A stretch of DNA of 64,000 nucleotides from Octopus sinensis (taxonomy: Eukaryota). Below are positions 61,930-64,000 of the stretch, piece after piece. Below the pieces are notes generated by a model. That model was not told where the DNA came from, did not search any database, and saw nothing but the letters and a program-made list of their open reading frames with translations. The DNA lies in the NCBI RefSeq assembly GCF_006345805.1, contig NC_042997.1, forward strand, positions 194,432,001 through 194,496,000, in the 5' to 3' direction. The position numbers and the translations under genes are program-made. Numbering within the stretch: position 1 is the stretch's first letter; each line of letters begins with the position of its first letter.

Positions 61930-62441
61930 CTATATATATAAAACTGTTGTTGCGTGCGGTCTGTCTCCTTCGATTTAGATTCCTAAACTACTCCCACATT
62001 TTGCGGTGCAGTTTAGCCAAATTCGGGTATCTTATAGTCGTGATTCATATCGAGCCGTCTGAGTATTAGCGCGCGTCTACGATGAGTCTACGATTTAAAA
62101 ATAATTTAACATCATTTTTTATTCCATTTAATGCATAATTTTTCGTGTGTCGATGGTGGCGGAGTTGGCGTCCATGGTCACACCTGCACATGTTTGCTCT
62201 CCACCTTCTTCCATCCCTCCCGTGAAGCTGCGGGGAAGGGAGTGTAAGAAATCAACGTCGTAAAGAGCGTTGTCAAGGAGACCAGCGTTATTTTAGAACA
62301 ACGACTTCATGGCTTGAAGACACCAAAAAAAGAAATGGCTAAGAAAAGCCCGAATTGGCATCTATAAGGGAAGTAACTCTCTAAAAATGCTTATATAGTT
62401 ATTTCCCTTACAAACCCGAGCAACGCCGGGCAATAGCTATG
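61929..62441 (+). mobile_element. Non-autonomous Helitron, family A long variant
   Basis: TC start, insert shared with 19261-19773, hairpin cccgagcaacgccggg, degenerate CTAG. Confidence 0.85.
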
Positions 62442-62443
62442 TA

Positions 62444-62817
62444 TCTTTATATATAAAAGTGAGGTTGTTGGTGTCTGTCTCCTACGATTTAGATTCCTAA
62501 CTACTCCCACATTTGCGTTGCAGTTTGAACCAAAACCGGGTATCTTATGGTCGTGAGTCATATCGAGCATTTCTGGTATTAGCGCAGTCACGATGAGTCC
62601 ACGATTTAAAAAAAAATTACCATCATTTTTTCCATTTTAATGCATTTTTTTCGCTATTATATAAGGGAAGTTAACTCTCTAAAAATGTCAACGATTTAAA
62701 AAAAAATTTACCATCATTTTTTTTCCATTTTTAATGCATTTTTTGCTATTTTTTTGGCTATAACTCTCTAATATAGTATTTCCCTTACAAACCGAGCAAC
62801 GCGGGCGATACTGATAG
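62444..62817 (+). mobile_element. Non-autonomous Helitron, family A
   Basis: A^TCtttatatataaaagtgagg ... ccgagcaacgcggg cgatactgatag^T. Confidence 0.8.
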
Positions 62818-62828
62818 TATATATATGA

Positions 62829-62928
62829 NNNNNNNNNNNNNNNNNNNNNNNNNNNNNNNNNNNNNNNNNNNNNNNNNNNNNNNNNNNNNNNNNNNNNNNN
62901 NNNNNNNNNNNNNNNNNNNNNNNNNNNN
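62829..62928. other. Assembly gap (100 N)
   Basis: Run of exactly 100 N. Confidence 1.
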
Positions 62929-64000
62929 CTGTGGCCATGCTGGAGCACCACCTTGAAGGGTTTTACTTGAATAAATCAACCCCAGTATATCTTTTATCTT
63001 TTACTTGTTTCAGTCAATGGACTGTGGCCATGCTGGAGCACCACCTTGAAGTGTTTTACTTGAAAATAAATCACCCCAGTATATCTTTTATCTTTTACTT
63101 GTTTCAGTCAATGGACTGTGGCCATGCTGGAGCACCACCTTGAAGTGTTTTACTTGAATAAATCAACCCCAGTATATCTTTTATCTTTTACTTGTTTCAG
63201 TCAATGGACTGTGGCCATGCTGGAGCACCACCTTGAAGTGTTTTACTTGAATAAATCAACCCCAGTATATCTTTTATCTTTTACTTGTTTCAGTCAATGG
63301 ACTGTGGCCATGCTGGGGCACCACCTTGAAGGGTTTTACTTGAACAAATCAACCCCAGTATATCTTTTATCTTTTACTTGTTTCAGTCAATGAACTGTGG
63401 CCATGCTGGAGCACCACTTGAAGGGTTTTACTTGAATAAATCAACCCAGTATATCTTTTATCTTTTACTTGTTTCAGTCAATGGACTGTGGCCATGCTGG
63501 AGCACCACCTTGAAGGTTTTTACTTGAATAAATCAACCCCAGTATATCTTTTATCTTTTACTTGTTTCAGTCAATGGACTGTGGCCATGCTGGAGCACCA
63601 CCTTGAAGGGTTTTACTTGAACAAATCAACCCCAGTATATCTTTTATCTTTTACTTGTTTCAGTCAATGAACTGTGGCCATGCTGGAGCACCACCTTGAA
63701 GGGTTTTACTTGAATAAATCAACCCCAGTATATCTTTTATCTTTTACTTGTTTCAGTCAATGGACTGTGGCCATGCTGGGGCACCACCTTGAAGGTTTTA
63801 CTTGAATAAATCAACCCTAGTATATCTTTTATCTTTACTGTTTCAGTCAATGGACTGTGGCCATGCTGGAGCACCACCTTGAAGGTTTTACTTGAACAAA
63901 TCAACTCCAGTATATCTTTTATCTTTTACTTGTTTCAGTCAATGGACTGTGGCCATGCTGGAGCACCACCTTGAAGGTTTTTACTTGAATAAATCAACCC
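62929..64000. repeat. 93-bp satellite, second segment (about 11.5 monomers, runs off the window)
   Basis: Same monomer and orientation as 21265-51617. Confidence 0.98.

Overview
Eukaryotic, repeat-saturated genomic DNA. The SINE families, the TA/CA/ATT/CAT/TTC microsatellite load and the AT-richness suggest an octopod cephalopod; this is inferred from recognition, not from a database search. About half the window (about 21265-51617, resuming at 62929 after a 100-N gap) is one tandem satellite of a 93-bp monomer (about 326 copies in the first array). The monomer is the reverse complement of the 3' tail of a dispersed SINE family that also occurs as single copies here. The long 31-aa-repeat ORFs in the ORF track derive from this satellite. 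The only supported host gene is a + strand coiled-coil gene fragment with four phase-compatible GT-AG exons (4395-8331). The rest is a transposon mosaic: three tRNA-headed SINE groups, ten non-autonomous Helitron copies or fragments (often head-to-tail), three R4/Dong-like LINE 3' ends clustered in (TAA)n repeats, a decayed Tc1 transposase fused to a Helitron 3' end, and several MITE or foldback elements nested in one SINE. There is also a 342-bp near-perfect palindrome whose arms each carry a minimal hammerhead-ribozyme motif of the Penelope-like type. No CRISPR array, rRNA or true tRNA gene is supported. Most SINE boundaries are approximate.
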